Virus record (IMG/VR): IMGVR_UViG_3300032236_000109
Span: 1,016 to 65,015 of that record
Origin: a virus
Lineage: Duplodnaviria > Caudoviricetes
Strand: one strand, 5' to 3'
Length of the DNA: 64,000 nt
This document shows, piece by piece, positions 30,324 through 40,079 of this stretch. The position numbers and the translations under genes were made by a program. The stretch's first letter is position 1. Each line of letters opens with the position of its first letter. The notes below the pieces were generated by a model. It saw only the letters and a list, made by a program, of their open reading frames with translations. It was not told the origin of the DNA and searched no databases.

Positions 30324-30595
30324 TAGTATTTCCCAGTAACGACAAGCTTAACTCGTTGCCAAAAACCAAGGGTAGATATTGGTGTTGCTACCGTTTGAAA
30401 CTCTTCAACCAGCTTCTCATACTGTTGAGTTTCTTTAATCTGGTTAGCCAATGCTTCCTGTAAACGCTTAGCTAAAGTTTCCCAATCCACTTCTTTTGCA
30501 ATTGGGAATGCAGGTAGCTTAGCTTTGTTCTTGGAACCAACTGGACGACCACGTTTCTTGGCTGCTACTGCTGGTTTCTTTTTAGTTACGCCCAT
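30323..30595 (-). CDS. AT-hook-like protein
   Basis: KKRGRPVGSKNK plus coiled coil. Confidence 0.6.
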   Translation of the reverse strand: MGVTKKKPAVAAKKRGRPVGSKNKAKLPAFPIAKEVDWETLAKRLQEALANQIKETQQYEKLVEEFQTVATPISTLGFWQRVKLVVTGKY

Positions 30596-30846
30596 GGATC
30601 TTTCTCCTCTTGCTTAGGTGCTGCATCTTTCTTAACAAAGGTATCTACAGCGATAGACAAAAAGTTATTGCCCGCTTTGGATTGACGTTTCCAGCCAGAC
30701 AACTTAACTTCTACCAAACCATCACTCTTGGACATCAAGTCACGCAAATACGCCGGATCAATCTTGATGCTGCCAAAGAAATCAGGTGATTTGTCAGACT
30801 TACGAACTGTTGATGGTACTAATGAACCGCTATTTGGATACTCCAT
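30586..30846 (-). CDS. Putative single-stranded DNA-binding protein
   Basis: SGSL..KSPDFFG..LSGW..FLSI; acidic/Trp tail; adjacent to ERF. Confidence 0.6.
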   Translation of the reverse strand: MEYPNSGSLVPSTVRKSDKSPDFFGSIKIDPAYLRDLMSKSDGLVEVKLSGWKRQSKAGNNFLSIAVDTFVKKDAAPKQEEKDPWA

Positions 30847-31554
30847 TTACTTCTCCTTTTTGAAAGTACTTCTTGCTTCTGAAAATTTGGACATCAAGTC
30901 CTCGTAAAACTCTTTATCTAGCTCTTTTGCCCGATCAAACAATGGACGATTGACTGTAAAGATGTTCAATACATCCTGCTCTTTTGAGGCAAGCTGCAGT
31001 AAAGCTAGGCATCCAGCTTTAAAACCTTCTAACCATTGCTCTGCGGTTCCCTTGTCGCTAATAGGCTTTAATGACCATTCACCCGGTAATTCTCTTTTTT
31101 CTACCTTAACGGTAGCAACCACTGGTTTAGCAGTAGCCACGGCTGCGACTACTGCTTCAGGCTTTTTTGCTGGCTCATCCTTACCAGTCACTGCCTCTAA
31201 TGCGTCATGCTCAACGATTTCAAAGGCATTAACCCAGAGATAACGGCGCAGATAGGTTTGTACCGCACCTAAGTTCTGGACGTCATGGCAGCCCTTTAAA
31301 GCGGCGCTAGCCATAGGTGATGTAAACATAATGGAAGTACCATCTTCTGTGTCTATGATCTGCAAGAATGCCATCTCGTGGTTAAACGATACGACACCGC
31401 ATAAGCCCATCTGTGCGCAGATACCTTGAATAGCTGGTAAGAAATCACCTAGCTCAAAGTACTTATACCCAGCAAACTTATTGTGACCAGACTTCCTTAG
31501 TTCCGTATTCTGCAGCTTGATACGGGCATCTTGTAACTTCTTATATACGCTCAT
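30847..31554 (-). CDS. ERF-family ssDNA-annealing recombinase
   Basis: KSGHNKF..YKYFEL.D and QNLGAVQTYLRRY motifs. Confidence 0.85.
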   Translation of the reverse strand: MSVYKKLQDARIKLQNTELRKSGHNKFAGYKYFELGDFLPAIQGICAQMGLCGVVSFNHEMAFLQIIDTEDGTSIMFTSPMASAALKGCHDVQNLGAVQTYLRRYLWVNAFEIVEHDALEAVTGKDEPAKKPEAVVAAVATAKPVVATVKVEKRELPGEWSLKPISDKGTAEQWLEGFKAGCLALLQLASKEQDVLNIFTVNRPLFDRAKELDKEFYEDLMSKFSEARSTFKKEK

Positions 31555-31742
31555 ACTTTACCCTTTAAATATGCATCTGCCATCATTTCAGCTTTTGCGT
31601 AAATATCGTTTAACTCTTCTTGCAATACTTCTGGATTTCCCTCTTCTCTTTGGTACCATCTTAATAAATCTGCCAAATCTTCATGCAAACTTGGCGTCAA
31701 TGCCAACATAAACTCATAAATCATTTCATCTCTAGTTTTCAT
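31551..31742 (-). CDS. Hypothetical protein
   Basis: RBS; coupled ORF. Confidence 0.55.
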   Translation of the reverse strand: MKTRDEMIYEFMLALTPSLHEDLADLLRWYQREEGNPEVLQEELNDIYAKAEMMADAYLKGKV

Positions 31743-31743
31743 T

Positions 31744-31959
31744 TCACTTCTCCTCTTTAGTTGCTACTTCAATTAACTTTTCTGTGTAGTGGGCGACTTT
31801 TCTGAGGTCGTCAACTCCACCCTTGTCTCGCCATCTGGATATGTATTTGACAATATTACCTTCAAGGTATCCGAGGTTATTGGCAACAATGTAATCCCAT
31901 GGCTGTATAGCATGTCTAGCATAGTGTTTTCCTCCTACTTGATGATCATTGGCGCTCAT
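31744..31959 (-). CDS. DUF3310-like protein (T7 gp1.7/SaV-related)
   Basis: QVGGKHY..IQPWD..GNIVKY..R..KGG.DDLRK. Confidence 0.8.
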   Translation of the reverse strand: MSANDHQVGGKHYARHAIQPWDYIVANNLGYLEGNIVKYISRWRDKGGVDDLRKVAHYTEKLIEVATKEEK

Positions 31960-31960
31960 A

Positions 31961-32176
31961 TTAATTCCTTATGTACATCAAAACCATAACTGTTACTACA
32001 AATGCTACGGCTATTTTGTAGGCAATATTGATCCAATGCTCCAAGCGTAGTCTGTCTGGATTGCCAATCATCCATTTCTGGATTTCTAGCATGTCTCGGT
32101 CTTGCTCGACATACTTTGGCGGCTGATAGTAAATTCCCATCTTGATCTTGCCGTTGTCATACGGGGGTGTTCTCAT
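31961..32176 (-). CDS. Small membrane protein
   Basis: TPPYDNGKIKMG..YQPP; C-terminal TM. Confidence 0.6.
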   Translation of the reverse strand: MRTPPYDNGKIKMGIYYQPPKYVEQDRDMLEIQKWMIGNPDRLRLEHWINIAYKIAVAFVVTVMVLMYIRN

Positions 32177-33050
32177 TGCCCTGCTCCTCTAAGTAAAGTT
32201 TATATTGATCACAAAACTGATTAACTGGGCAATAGTTCTCACAACGGGTTCTCTCGCCCTTACGGGTCTCTATATAGAATCCTTTGCCCAACTTCTCTAC
32301 TGCTTCTTCTGCTTCTTGCATCGTTGCATGTAACGACTTTGCTCTTACTGCTCCGTCTTTCTTAACTGCGTAGACCGGATCTTTTTCCCACATTTCGGAA
32401 GCCGTACAGGACGGTAAGACTCCTCCAGTTTCTTCTGAGAAACGGGCTTCGGAGTGTGCCAGAATGCGTTGACGGATGTATGCTTCACGTTTATCCATAC
32501 TCCATACAGGAATGTCAATTGTGACCACGCCCGACTTTGGATAGTTGGCACGATACTTTGACTCTTTTGCACTAAAGTCTCGTAAGAACGCAATGATCTT
32601 AAGTGTTGTAACTGGAGTCTTTTTAATCTCTTCAACCAACCATGCGTATACATTTAGCTGCTCCTCCCATTCTGGTTTAGGATTTTGGACAGACCATACT
32701 CCTACGTTCTTGTAATCGTTAATCTCAATGCCCGCATCGCTGACAATCTGCAGATCAATAGCGCCAGAAATAGTCCAGCCATCAAACTCTGCATAAAGAC
32801 GCTCTTCAACAATATGGTTCTCGTCTGCACCTTTCTCAAGGATGTTATGCAGCGCAGTACCAGCCATTGAATACAACATATCGGATACATCAATCTCAAT
32901 CTGGTCATCGTACTTCTTACGCAGAATAGATATCTTCGGGCTATTCATCATCTCCGTTACGGATAGATTAGCGTTGCCCTTTGAATACTGTGGTCTATTT
33001 ACAACATTGACCAGCGTCTGCGGTAAATTGTACTTATTGGTTATGATCAT
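32157..33050 (-). CDS. PD-(D/E)XK exonuclease (Cas4-like fold, recombination partner of ERF)
   Basis: GTALH..E..SGAID..DYK..QLNVY; C-terminal C..YC....C. Confidence 0.8.
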   Translation of the reverse strand: MIITNKYNLPQTLVNVVNRPQYSKGNANLSVTEMMNSPKISILRKKYDDQIEIDVSDMLYSMAGTALHNILEKGADENHIVEERLYAEFDGWTISGAIDLQIVSDAGIEINDYKNVGVWSVQNPKPEWEEQLNVYAWLVEEIKKTPVTTLKIIAFLRDFSAKESKYRANYPKSGVVTIDIPVWSMDKREAYIRQRILAHSEARFSEETGGVLPSCTASEMWEKDPVYAVKKDGAVRAKSLHATMQEAEEAVEKLGKGFYIETRKGERTRCENYCPVNQFCDQYKLYLEEQGNENTPV

Positions 33051-33204
33051 TTTGTTTCCTCAACCACCATTTCAAATCAACCAAATCAGCAATCATTTGA
33101 TCTACTGCATGGGTTGCTTCCTCAAACTTCTTCTTTAGCAATAGGTCGTCTAATTTTTTCTTACCTGTTTGCAATGCGATTGTAGTCTCTACATAGTCAA
33201 TCAT
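33034..33204 (-). CDS. Small hypothetical protein
   Basis: GAGG RBS before MIDY. Confidence 0.5.
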   Translation of the reverse strand: MIDYVETTIALQTGKKKLDDLLLKKKFEEATHAVDQMIADLVDLKWWLRKQNDHNQ

Positions 33205-33218
33205 CTTTTCCTCTTTTA

Positions 33219-33365
33219 TTATTTTGTTGCCAACATCCACAGTCCAACATTAGCACCTGCATAGCAGATGTAACATATGAACATGGCAAGATTTCCCTTG
33301 GTCATTTGCTCTATGGCAATGTATGCATAAATCAAGCCAGTTACGATAATTAGATTAGCGCTCAT
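33219..33365 (-). CDS. 48-aa membrane protein (absent from ORF track)
   Basis: MSANLIIVTGLIYAYIAIEQ..YAGANVGLWMLATK; ATGA-coupled. Confidence 0.55.
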   Translation of the reverse strand: MSANLIIVTGLIYAYIAIEQMTKGNLAMFICYICYAGANVGLWMLATK

Positions 33366-33904
33366 CTAAAGCCTGATATCCTCGGCGAGAAAACGAATGT
33401 CGCTTGATAGCGTCTTTGAGGCGGTACGTTAGGATCCACCAAAGCACGGATATTCCAACCAAGATTAACCATAAAGCACCGACTAAAGCCAATAGGGGTA
33501 ATAAACACAAATTGAAATAGTCCACTAGACTTAACGAGTAGATGCCCCGCTTTCGCATTATCATTGTCTTTAATCTCCCGATCACCACTCCAAGTTACTG
33601 GAGCTAAACCATCAATGTACTGTATTCCATAGCTATAGGCTGGATTACGCCACAGCCATAGCACTTGAGACCAGTAGCTATGCGGATGGATAGACTGAAA
33701 CGTAAAGTCTCCCCAAAGGTTGTTATCGGGCGTCTGGAACCAGTTTAACCATGTAGGCAACCAAGGACCCGGACCATAGCCGCTATTGTTGTTAATTGGT
33801 CCATCCTTGATGCTGGCAAACTTCGGTAGGATTGGCGCTAATACCATCGCTAAAGCAGTCACCACTAATGATACTAAAACCATAAATGCATATCTAAAAT
33901 ACAT
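33362..33904 (-). CDS. Membrane-associated phage protein
   Basis: N-terminal TM; WFQTPDN..GD..WLWRNPAY motif; AAGGAG RBS. Confidence 0.65.
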   Translation of the reverse strand: MYFRYAFMVLVSLVVTALAMVLAPILPKFASIKDGPINNNSGYGPGPWLPTWLNWFQTPDNNLWGDFTFQSIHPHSYWSQVLWLWRNPAYSYGIQYIDGLAPVTWSGDREIKDNDNAKAGHLLVKSSGLFQFVFITPIGFSRCFMVNLGWNIRALVDPNVPPQRRYQATFVFSPRISGFR

Positions 33905-33906
33905 AA

Positions 33907-34686
33907 TTAACTCCTTGGAAGTGCGCCAGTGAAACCGTAAGTTCCGGTATGAGTAAAGTGCGCCCATGGTGCTGCATAGACTTTAAAGCCCGCTTCTCTA
34001 GCAATCTTGCAGAAGTGATAGTCTTCTGACAATAAACGGTTAGACTCTTCGTCAATGCTGGTAGCAAAGAATTCTTTAATGACTTTTACTTCACGAACGG
34101 TATCTACGGCGTGATACATATCATTGGTGTAACTAGGTACTTTGTCTGCCAAAGCTTCAAAGACTTTACGTTTGATCAGCATAAACCCTGTACCGCCGTT
34201 AGCAATCTCCAATGGCTCGTTGATGCTGCCAGATGTTGTAGTTTGACCATGTGGTAAATTTACAACAAAAGCTCCAGTGTGGGTTTGCAGCTCTTGCGGT
34301 GGAACGCCACGTTTAACAGCCTCAGTAACTTCTACCCAGTTGATCTCTTTCTTTGGATATAAGCCGCAGATAATATCTTTGTCTGCTTGAACCATGCGTG
34401 GAATGTCTTGTGGATTAAAACCAATGTCGGCGTCAATAAACATTAGGTGAGTAGCATCAGACTTAAGGAAGTCATATGCCATACTGTTTCTAGCACGGGT
34501 AATCAATGACTCATTCATCATAAAGCTATAGTACATCTGGATCCCGTTTTGCCCCATAACTCCTACAGTTTGCATAATTGCTGAGCAATACAAACCAGTA
34601 CACATACCGCCGTACATTGGTGTAGCTACAAATAATGCAGCCTTTGGCGCCTGTTTGACTACCAATTTATCTTTTTTAAAACTCAT
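33907..34686 (-). CDS. GT-A-fold glycosyltransferase-like protein
   Basis: ATPMYGG, ESLITRARN, FIDADI (DxD), GTGFMLI, SEDYHFC. Confidence 0.75.
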   Translation of the reverse strand: MSFKKDKLVVKQAPKAALFVATPMYGGMCTGLYCSAIMQTVGVMGQNGIQMYYSFMMNESLITRARNSMAYDFLKSDATHLMFIDADIGFNPQDIPRMVQADKDIICGLYPKKEINWVEVTEAVKRGVPPQELQTHTGAFVVNLPHGQTTTSGSINEPLEIANGGTGFMLIKRKVFEALADKVPSYTNDMYHAVDTVREVKVIKEFFATSIDEESNRLLSEDYHFCKIAREAGFKVYAAPWAHFTHTGTYGFTGALPRS

Positions 34687-35366
34687 TTATTTCTCCAAGG
34701 TAAGGGTTGATTATATGCTTTCTTCATTTGTTCATTGCCTTCTCTAAACATTTCAAATAATCGTTCGGGCGCTCGGTAATTAACTGTAGCCTCGCCTGTG
34801 CATCCAAAGGAAGGCAGATGTTTGGCGGCAGCTTTATAGAACTGGCGGTCTGCACCCCATTGCCCGTAGAAAGCATGAGCAATATTGACCAGATACTCAC
34901 GCTTAAAGCAATAACAGTTAGTATCGACAAAATTGAGTAGATGATCGTAAAACGCCGGGTAGCGACCGAGTGACTCGCAATCATCGTCACAAACATATTG
35001 TCCTCGTTCATCACAGATTCTCCTCAAGCTGTATGACCACATCAGGTCTTTTGATTTAATTTTATTAATCATGGTTTCCACATGATTTGGTTCGTACCAA
35101 TTATCCTCATCTAAAAATAAAATGTAATCAGCGTTTACCATTAGTGGCATAGCGGCATAGACTCGGTGTCCATACCAGTTATTAGCGCCTACATTCTCAG
35201 GTAAAACAATACGGTGTACGGAAGAGAAAAAGTGAGGGTTATTTGTTGCATCTTTACCATCAGCCACAAGTAAATGCTCCACCGGAATAGTCTGATTAGC
35301 TACGCTTTCTACTGCATCTTTAAGTGTATCTTTCCCAGTAGTTGGGGTAATGACCATTATTCGCAT
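34683..35366 (-). CDS. GT2-family glycosyltransferase
   Basis: VITPT..AVESVANQT..DG..FLDED. Confidence 0.8.
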   Translation of the reverse strand: MRIMVITPTTGKDTLKDAVESVANQTIPVEHLLVADGKDATNNPHFFSSVHRIVLPENVGANNWYGHRVYAAMPLMVNADYILFLDEDNWYEPNHVETMINKIKSKDLMWSYSLRRICDERGQYVCDDDCESLGRYPAFYDHLLNFVDTNCYCFKREYLVNIAHAFYGQWGADRQFYKAAAKHLPSFGCTGEATVNYRAPERLFEMFREGNEQMKKAYNQPLPWRNK

Positions 35367-35788
35367 GCTAACTCCGTGCCGTAAGAAAACAACATATCTT
35401 TCTTTATTAAAAATGCTTTTTTACTCACCTTATCACCTTTACCAGTAAATTCTACTGTGCGCAATTTATTGTCATCAATACAGTTATGAATGTTTTGTTT
35501 TTTCATCATAACAAACACATGATCATCATAGAATAACCAATAATCTGCAGTGCTTGCAGATAAAGCAGATGGCTTTCCATTCATCTCAACTTCAATAACA
35601 ATGTTTCCAGTTTCGTTACTCTTCGGGTCATACTTCACTTCTACAGATTTATGTATCTCTGGCACCCAAATATCGTAACCTTGAAATGCGTTAATCAATA
35701 CTGCACAAGGATGCCTTCTTTGAATGATTGCTAAAGCTTTTCTCTCTACTGCTTTGCCACGCTCTAGGTCTTCAAAAAAACTGTTCAT
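35357..35788 (-). CDS. PD-(D/E)XK restriction-fold nuclease-like protein
   Basis: G..E..YDI..VEVK.D..TGNI.IE. Confidence 0.65.
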   Translation of the reverse strand: MNSFFEDLERGKAVERKALAIIQRRHPCAVLINAFQGYDIWVPEIHKSVEVKYDPKSNETGNIVIEVEMNGKPSALSASTADYWLFYDDHVFVMMKKQNIHNCIDDNKLRTVEFTGKGDKVSKKAFLIKKDMLFSYGTELACE

Positions 35789-36660
35789 ACGCCTAGCTCA
35801 AGTACGTTTTCACAAGACTTACAGATGCTGCACTTATTAAACTCTGGAGACTCATTGATATCAATTAAATCTTGTAAGGGTTTACCCTGCATAACTTCTT
35901 CATAAGACTGGGTTAACAAGTTGCCGATCACGTGCTTAAGGTTATAGTCCATGCAGCATAGAACGACATCACCGTTAGGCAGTAGCACATTGCGGTCATA
36001 GAACGGCGTACTTTTGCAAGTCAACGAAAAAGCATTGTGCGGCGTTATGCTGATTGGTTGTCCTTTAATCTGCTCTAAGTCCAAGCTATCTGCTCTGGTA
36101 TGACCTTGCCAGCTAGGGAGTCGCCCAACAAAGTCTTGCAGCTCTGGATGTACAAAGCCCGACTTATCCATAGTCATAGCGCCCACTCCACAAGGCACCT
36201 TTGTATTGGTCATAATCGCTGCAGCCCGCTGCCACTCCTCACTATTCTTCCAGCCCTTCATGTTTCCATTGGCATCAGGAAAGTGAAACATCATTACTTC
36301 TACTTGGTCTGGGTGATCTTCCAAGACTTTACGGACTCGCTCAGGATCTGTCATCCCGTACAGGGTCGTGTATATAGCAACGTGATATCCCATGTATAGA
36401 GTCTCTTCTAGCATTGCCGTACACTCTGGGTTAGCCCAAGGTTCAGACATGCCGGAAAAATCAATACGGGTGTTTTTAGGCAGCTTTACGAGCATCTTTG
36501 TAAAGTCGGTCTGTGTCATGTACTTAGTCTTTTTGCCATACTCTGTGCGTAGATTATCTTGCGGGCAAAATGTACACATCAGCGGGCAGCCGATCATTGT
36601 GGTCAACTCCATGACAGGACCATCTGCATGAATTATTCCGTATTTTTCTCTCATAATCAT
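35785..36660 (-). CDS. Radical SAM protein with C-terminal SPASM/Twitch domain
   Basis: CPLMCTFC (CxxxCxxC); NGDVVLCC.D..IGNL..C..C..C. Confidence 0.85.
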   Translation of the reverse strand: MIMREKYGIIHADGPVMELTTMIGCPLMCTFCPQDNLRTEYGKKTKYMTQTDFTKMLVKLPKNTRIDFSGMSEPWANPECTAMLEETLYMGYHVAIYTTLYGMTDPERVRKVLEDHPDQVEVMMFHFPDANGNMKGWKNSEEWQRAAAIMTNTKVPCGVGAMTMDKSGFVHPELQDFVGRLPSWQGHTRADSLDLEQIKGQPISITPHNAFSLTCKSTPFYDRNVLLPNGDVVLCCMDYNLKHVIGNLLTQSYEEVMQGKPLQDLIDINESPEFNKCSICKSCENVLELGV

Positions 36661-36668
36661 TTTAAACC

Positions 36669-36914
36669 TTATCTGTAACGTGGCATGCAAGTGACTTCTA
36701 CTGGAATGTCAGTAGTGTGTCCATTAATCCTTCGTTTGGTGGTAATCACATACGGGCGCAATCCTGATCCTTCGCATTCTGTAACGCCGTTAATGACTTC
36801 GTTACGGGTTAGCGGAGAAATCTCTTTATCCAAAATTAACTCTTGGCTAGGCGCTTCTCTGGATGTACCGCAAGCGGTTAATAATAATGCAGCTAATACA
36901 ATTATATATTTCAT
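36669..36914 (-). CDS. Lipoprotein
   Basis: Signal MKYIIVLAALL with LTAC lipobox. Confidence 0.75.
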   Translation of the reverse strand: MKYIIVLAALLLTACGTSREAPSQELILDKEISPLTRNEVINGVTECEGSGLRPYVITTKRRINGHTTDIPVEVTCMPRYR

Positions 36915-37649
36915 TTATGACTCCTCTTGATAAAACATTGCTGGTGGTAATGGGCGATTAGGTTTATCCAATACGTTTGGTTGGTCTAATGGATGCGGGA
37001 ACTCTGTTGCATATCCCTCTGGCTCAGCACGGTCTTTGCGCAGCAACGTTAATTCAAATACCGTAGGCATCAACATACCTTCTACTTCAATAAATTCGCA
37101 GTTGTTGTTGGGATGGCTGTGAACTACATGGAAGTCTTGTAATAACTTGGCAAAGAAAGTCTGTACTACTTCCCAAGCAAGCGGCGTAAACCAAGTATGA
37201 GCATTATGTATCTCAATGGCTATGATTCTAAAGCGGCGCAAGATGTCAATCGGCGTAGCTAGAATGGTTGTATATTCGCTACCTTCAATATCCATCTGCA
37301 AGATTAAATCACCAAACTCATTAGCTTTATTTCTTACCCAAAACTCTAGTGTCATGTAGCCATCAGTATTGATGCCATCCAAATACTTTTTGGTGAAGGA
37401 CGCTACCTCTAGTCCTGCTGGCGGTGCATCTACAGAAGCATCCGCAAGGTGAGACCGTATGCCCCGTTTAAGAAGATCTTGCTCAAAGGTGGCAATAACG
37501 TCTACCCCCGGAGAGAAGCACGTTGAAATGCCGCTTAAATCGTCTGGAATCAGGTATCCGCCATCGTTATTTCCGCCAATACGTACCAGATCGTATTTGG
37601 TTTTAACTGGATACAGCGACTCCAAAAGACTTTGTAGTTGCTCAATCAT
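36915..37649 (-). CDS. FkbM-like SAM-dependent methyltransferase
   Basis: RIGG..DGGY, SPGV..FE, MDIEGSEY..IEIH..H.NN. Confidence 0.75.
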   Translation of the reverse strand: MIEQLQSLLESLYPVKTKYDLVRIGGNNDGGYLIPDDLSGISTCFSPGVDVIATFEQDLLKRGIRSHLADASVDAPPAGLEVASFTKKYLDGINTDGYMTLEFWVRNKANEFGDLILQMDIEGSEYTTILATPIDILRRFRIIAIEIHNAHTWFTPLAWEVVQTFFAKLLQDFHVVHSHPNNNCEFIEVEGMLMPTVFELTLLRKDRAEPEGYATEFPHPLDQPNVLDKPNRPLPPAMFYQEES

Positions 37650-38503
37650 TTAACTATTCCTCTGACAAATTCCATGGCGTTATTTAGACTTGGTTCTTCC
37701 CATAGTAACGGGCGATTATACATAGCCTCATACAGCTCCATGCTTTCGTCATATGCTTGAATGGTTGTAACAAACCAACTCAAGTCTTTGGTGTTCATAT
37801 AGTTTAGATAAGCTCCCTCATGGAAGTCGCAGTCCACGGATAACGTACCACTGTATATCGGTACAGTACCGCCCGCATAGGCGTCAATCAGCTTCTCGGT
37901 TACATAGCCATCGTAAACAGAGTTCTCTGGACATAAGCAAAACTTATAGTCTGGCAAGATATCAAACTTAGAATTACGTAAAGACCTACCAAACATATTG
38001 CCGTATCCATCTACGGGTTTATACTTAGATATAGAGTTATAAAGGTTTACCCTTAGTCCTTCAGGGTTGCCAGCAATCATAGCGCAAAAGCGATCTTTCT
38101 TACTCAGATCAAGAGTTCTTTGCTGTGTTAGCGGTTTAATCGGAATCAATGGTTCATAACCATGATTGTGGGAATTTGGTTTGCGTGGTTTTTGTTCAAA
38201 TCCATCCCAAGCAAGCCTAGCGTACCACAACGGTAATCTAAAGTTCCGCCCGCCATAACTATCATAGTCAAACGATAGAGAGTAATCATACCCAATATAA
38301 CTGGGGCGCATATTCTCACCAATGTACTGAATAGTTTTCTTTGGATCAGTCTGCACATTACCAAAGACAGAACTAACAATCAGGTCTGCAGTATGCGGGT
38401 TGTGAGTATATTCAAATCCACCCAAGGCTTCCTTAAAAAAGAACTCAAAAAAGTCTCCGTCAAAAGCCCCGTCCCAAAAGTTCACTACGCATATTTTTTT
38501 CAT
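37646..38503 (-). CDS. GT10 alpha-1,3/4-fucosyltransferase-like enzyme
   Basis: YKFCLCPENS..DGYVTEKL..A..GTVPIY.G signature; N-terminal GEN.RP..D..LSFD. Confidence 0.85.
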   Translation of the reverse strand: MKKICVVNFWDGAFDGDFFEFFFKEALGGFEYTHNPHTADLIVSSVFGNVQTDPKKTIQYIGENMRPSYIGYDYSLSFDYDSYGGRNFRLPLWYARLAWDGFEQKPRKPNSHNHGYEPLIPIKPLTQQRTLDLSKKDRFCAMIAGNPEGLRVNLYNSISKYKPVDGYGNMFGRSLRNSKFDILPDYKFCLCPENSVYDGYVTEKLIDAYAGGTVPIYSGTLSVDCDFHEGAYLNYMNTKDLSWFVTTIQAYDESMELYEAMYNRPLLWEEPSLNNAMEFVRGIVK

Positions 38504-38787
38504 TAGCAGCGCCCATCATCATCTTGAACGTCTTTATTTTTCTTGCCCTTCTTCGTTTCCAACGTAGCTATAACCTTCTGTTGCTGGCGATTTACAGCCA
38601 TAATATGTGCCGCTAACTCTTCTAGTTCTTCGCTATATTGCTGAAGTATTTCTGTTGCAGCCCACAATGCACCGCTCTCAGCATTATCTGTAATACGATC
38701 TGCCACCAGTTCCACAATCATTGCGGCGCTGTGAATCTTGTAACCAATCTCGCTAACTCGGTTAGCTTTCTCCCAAAGTCCGTCCAT
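38503..38787 (-). CDS. Hypothetical helical protein
   Basis: GAGGAG RBS before MDGLWEK. Confidence 0.55.
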   Translation of the reverse strand: MDGLWEKANRVSEIGYKIHSAAMIVELVADRITDNAESGALWAATEILQQYSEELEELAAHIMAVNRQQQKVIATLETKKGKKNKDVQDDDGRC

Positions 38788-39014
38788 CTTTTTCTCCTCG
38801 TAGTAAAGTGTGTCCAAATATGTAGTAAAGTTGTCCGCTGCTTTTTTCAATAAGCTTGCGTTTTTTGTGTATAGAGTCTTCATCTTTTAAGTACCAAGTG
38901 ATATGGTTATCTAGCTTAAACATTTCTTCTTTGCGCTTACGCATCATCTGCCTTTCATAAACAGAAAGACTGCATAGCAAACAGCAAACACCAGCGCCGC
39001 AACAATCAGCTCAA

Positions 39015-39302
39015 TCATTTCTCTTGTGCCTTTCTTAGTATTGCTCTAGCAAATTCAATAACTCCTGTTTGCCAATCCATGTCTAAATGTTCTTCAGATA
39101 ATTCTTCTATTTCCTCATCTGTTAGTGTCTTTTCAGATTCTTGCGTAAAGTCAAACAGTCGTTGTAATGCAGCTTCCTTTTTCAACGCCTCTATTTCAGC
39201 TTGTTGCTGGCGTAGCATGGCAACGGCATCGCCAATATAACCAAGGCAAAAACCATCAACCATTTCTTTTTCCATTGTGTCAGCTAGTTCTAATGCGTTC
39301 AT
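39015..39302 (-). CDS. Mosaic small protein (modules A+B+C+D)
   Basis: MNALELAD..LRQQQAEIEALK..KTLTDEEI..ARAILRKAQEK; ATGA overlap. Confidence 0.7.
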   Translation of the reverse strand: MNALELADTMEKEMVDGFCLGYIGDAVAMLRQQQAEIEALKKEAALQRLFDFTQESEKTLTDEEIEELSEEHLDMDWQTGVIEFARAILRKAQEK

Positions 39303-39511
39303 TCTGTCAATGCCTCCGTATCCTCTACCCAGCCAAAATATCCAGCCGCTTCGCCACAAGCAGCGCAACGCAAGCGTGGAAAGTTACTTCCTCTTACGCC
39401 ATACTCAGCAGTCCAAGTTTTATTATTACATCCACCGCATACAAGTACTTCTGTCATAGCCGTTGGTGTGTCATTCCTGTGGGCAAGAAACACGACTTTG
39501 TTTTCGTTCAT
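39299..39511 (-). CDS. Zn-ribbon protein
   Basis: CGGC..CAAC; starts within repeat D (ATGA). Confidence 0.65.
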   Translation of the reverse strand: MNENKVVFLAHRNDTPTAMTEVLVCGGCNNKTWTAEYGVRGSNFPRLRCAACGEAAGYFGWVEDTEALTE

Positions 39512-39741
39512 TTCTCTTGTGCCTTTCTTAGTATTGCTTTAGCAAAACCCAATAGTTCTAAATCATCAGGATAAACATTGCCTGACTCTTTGCTTTTCCA
39601 AGCGCCATTTTCAACAGCTAAAGAGTATATTTCCTCATCTGTTAGTGTCTTTGCTGGACTATATGTAGTTTCACATGAATGTCCTGCGCCATTTTCCATT
39701 TTCATCTCTTCTCCGCAAAAACAACAAGTCATCTTTATCAT
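39508..39741 (-). CDS. Mosaic small protein (Zn-finger plus modules C+D)
   Basis: CCFC..HSC; KTLTDEEI; AKAILRKAQEK. Confidence 0.65.
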   Translation of the reverse strand: MIKMTCCFCGEEMKMENGAGHSCETTYSPAKTLTDEEIYSLAVENGAWKSKESGNVYPDDLELLGFAKAILRKAQEK

Positions 39742-39971
39742 TTCTCTTGTGCCTTTCTTAGTATTGCTCTACGCATTTGTCCTGTTGAACGATTATTTCG
39801 TCTTGCTCTAAACACAATTGCTTTACCTAATCCACGCTTGAGCAAATCAAACTGCATATCATGGACAAGTCCGCAATCACAGCAAGCAAACTTGTATTTA
39901 ATCCTATTTGGATAAACCCATTCTGACCAATCTCCATCTTTTTCTACTTCATGTTTTTTAAATCGGCTCAT
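39738..39971 (-). CDS. Mosaic small protein (CCDCGLVH domain plus module D)
   Basis: Starts MSRFKK within degenerate repeat D; ends RAILRKAQEK. Confidence 0.65.
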   Translation of the reverse strand: MSRFKKHEVEKDGDWSEWVYPNRIKYKFACCDCGLVHDMQFDLLKRGLGKAIVFRARRNNRSTGQMRRAILRKAQEK

Positions 39972-40079
39972 TTCTTTCGTGCCTTTCTTAAATATGCAAA
40001 CTAACCCAAACCAACACAATCAAAATTCCTATTGCTGGAACGGCTGGCATTAACGCATCCATAAACATTTCTAATTTAT

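Noticed and set aside
32157-33050. Cas4-like nuclease as a CRISPR component
   Set aside because: It sits near ERF and an SSB-like gene, a standard phage recombination context
39015-39770. 31-bp direct repeats as a CRISPR array
   Set aside because: Spacing is 230-493 bp, the repeats are in-frame gene ends, and there is no cas operon
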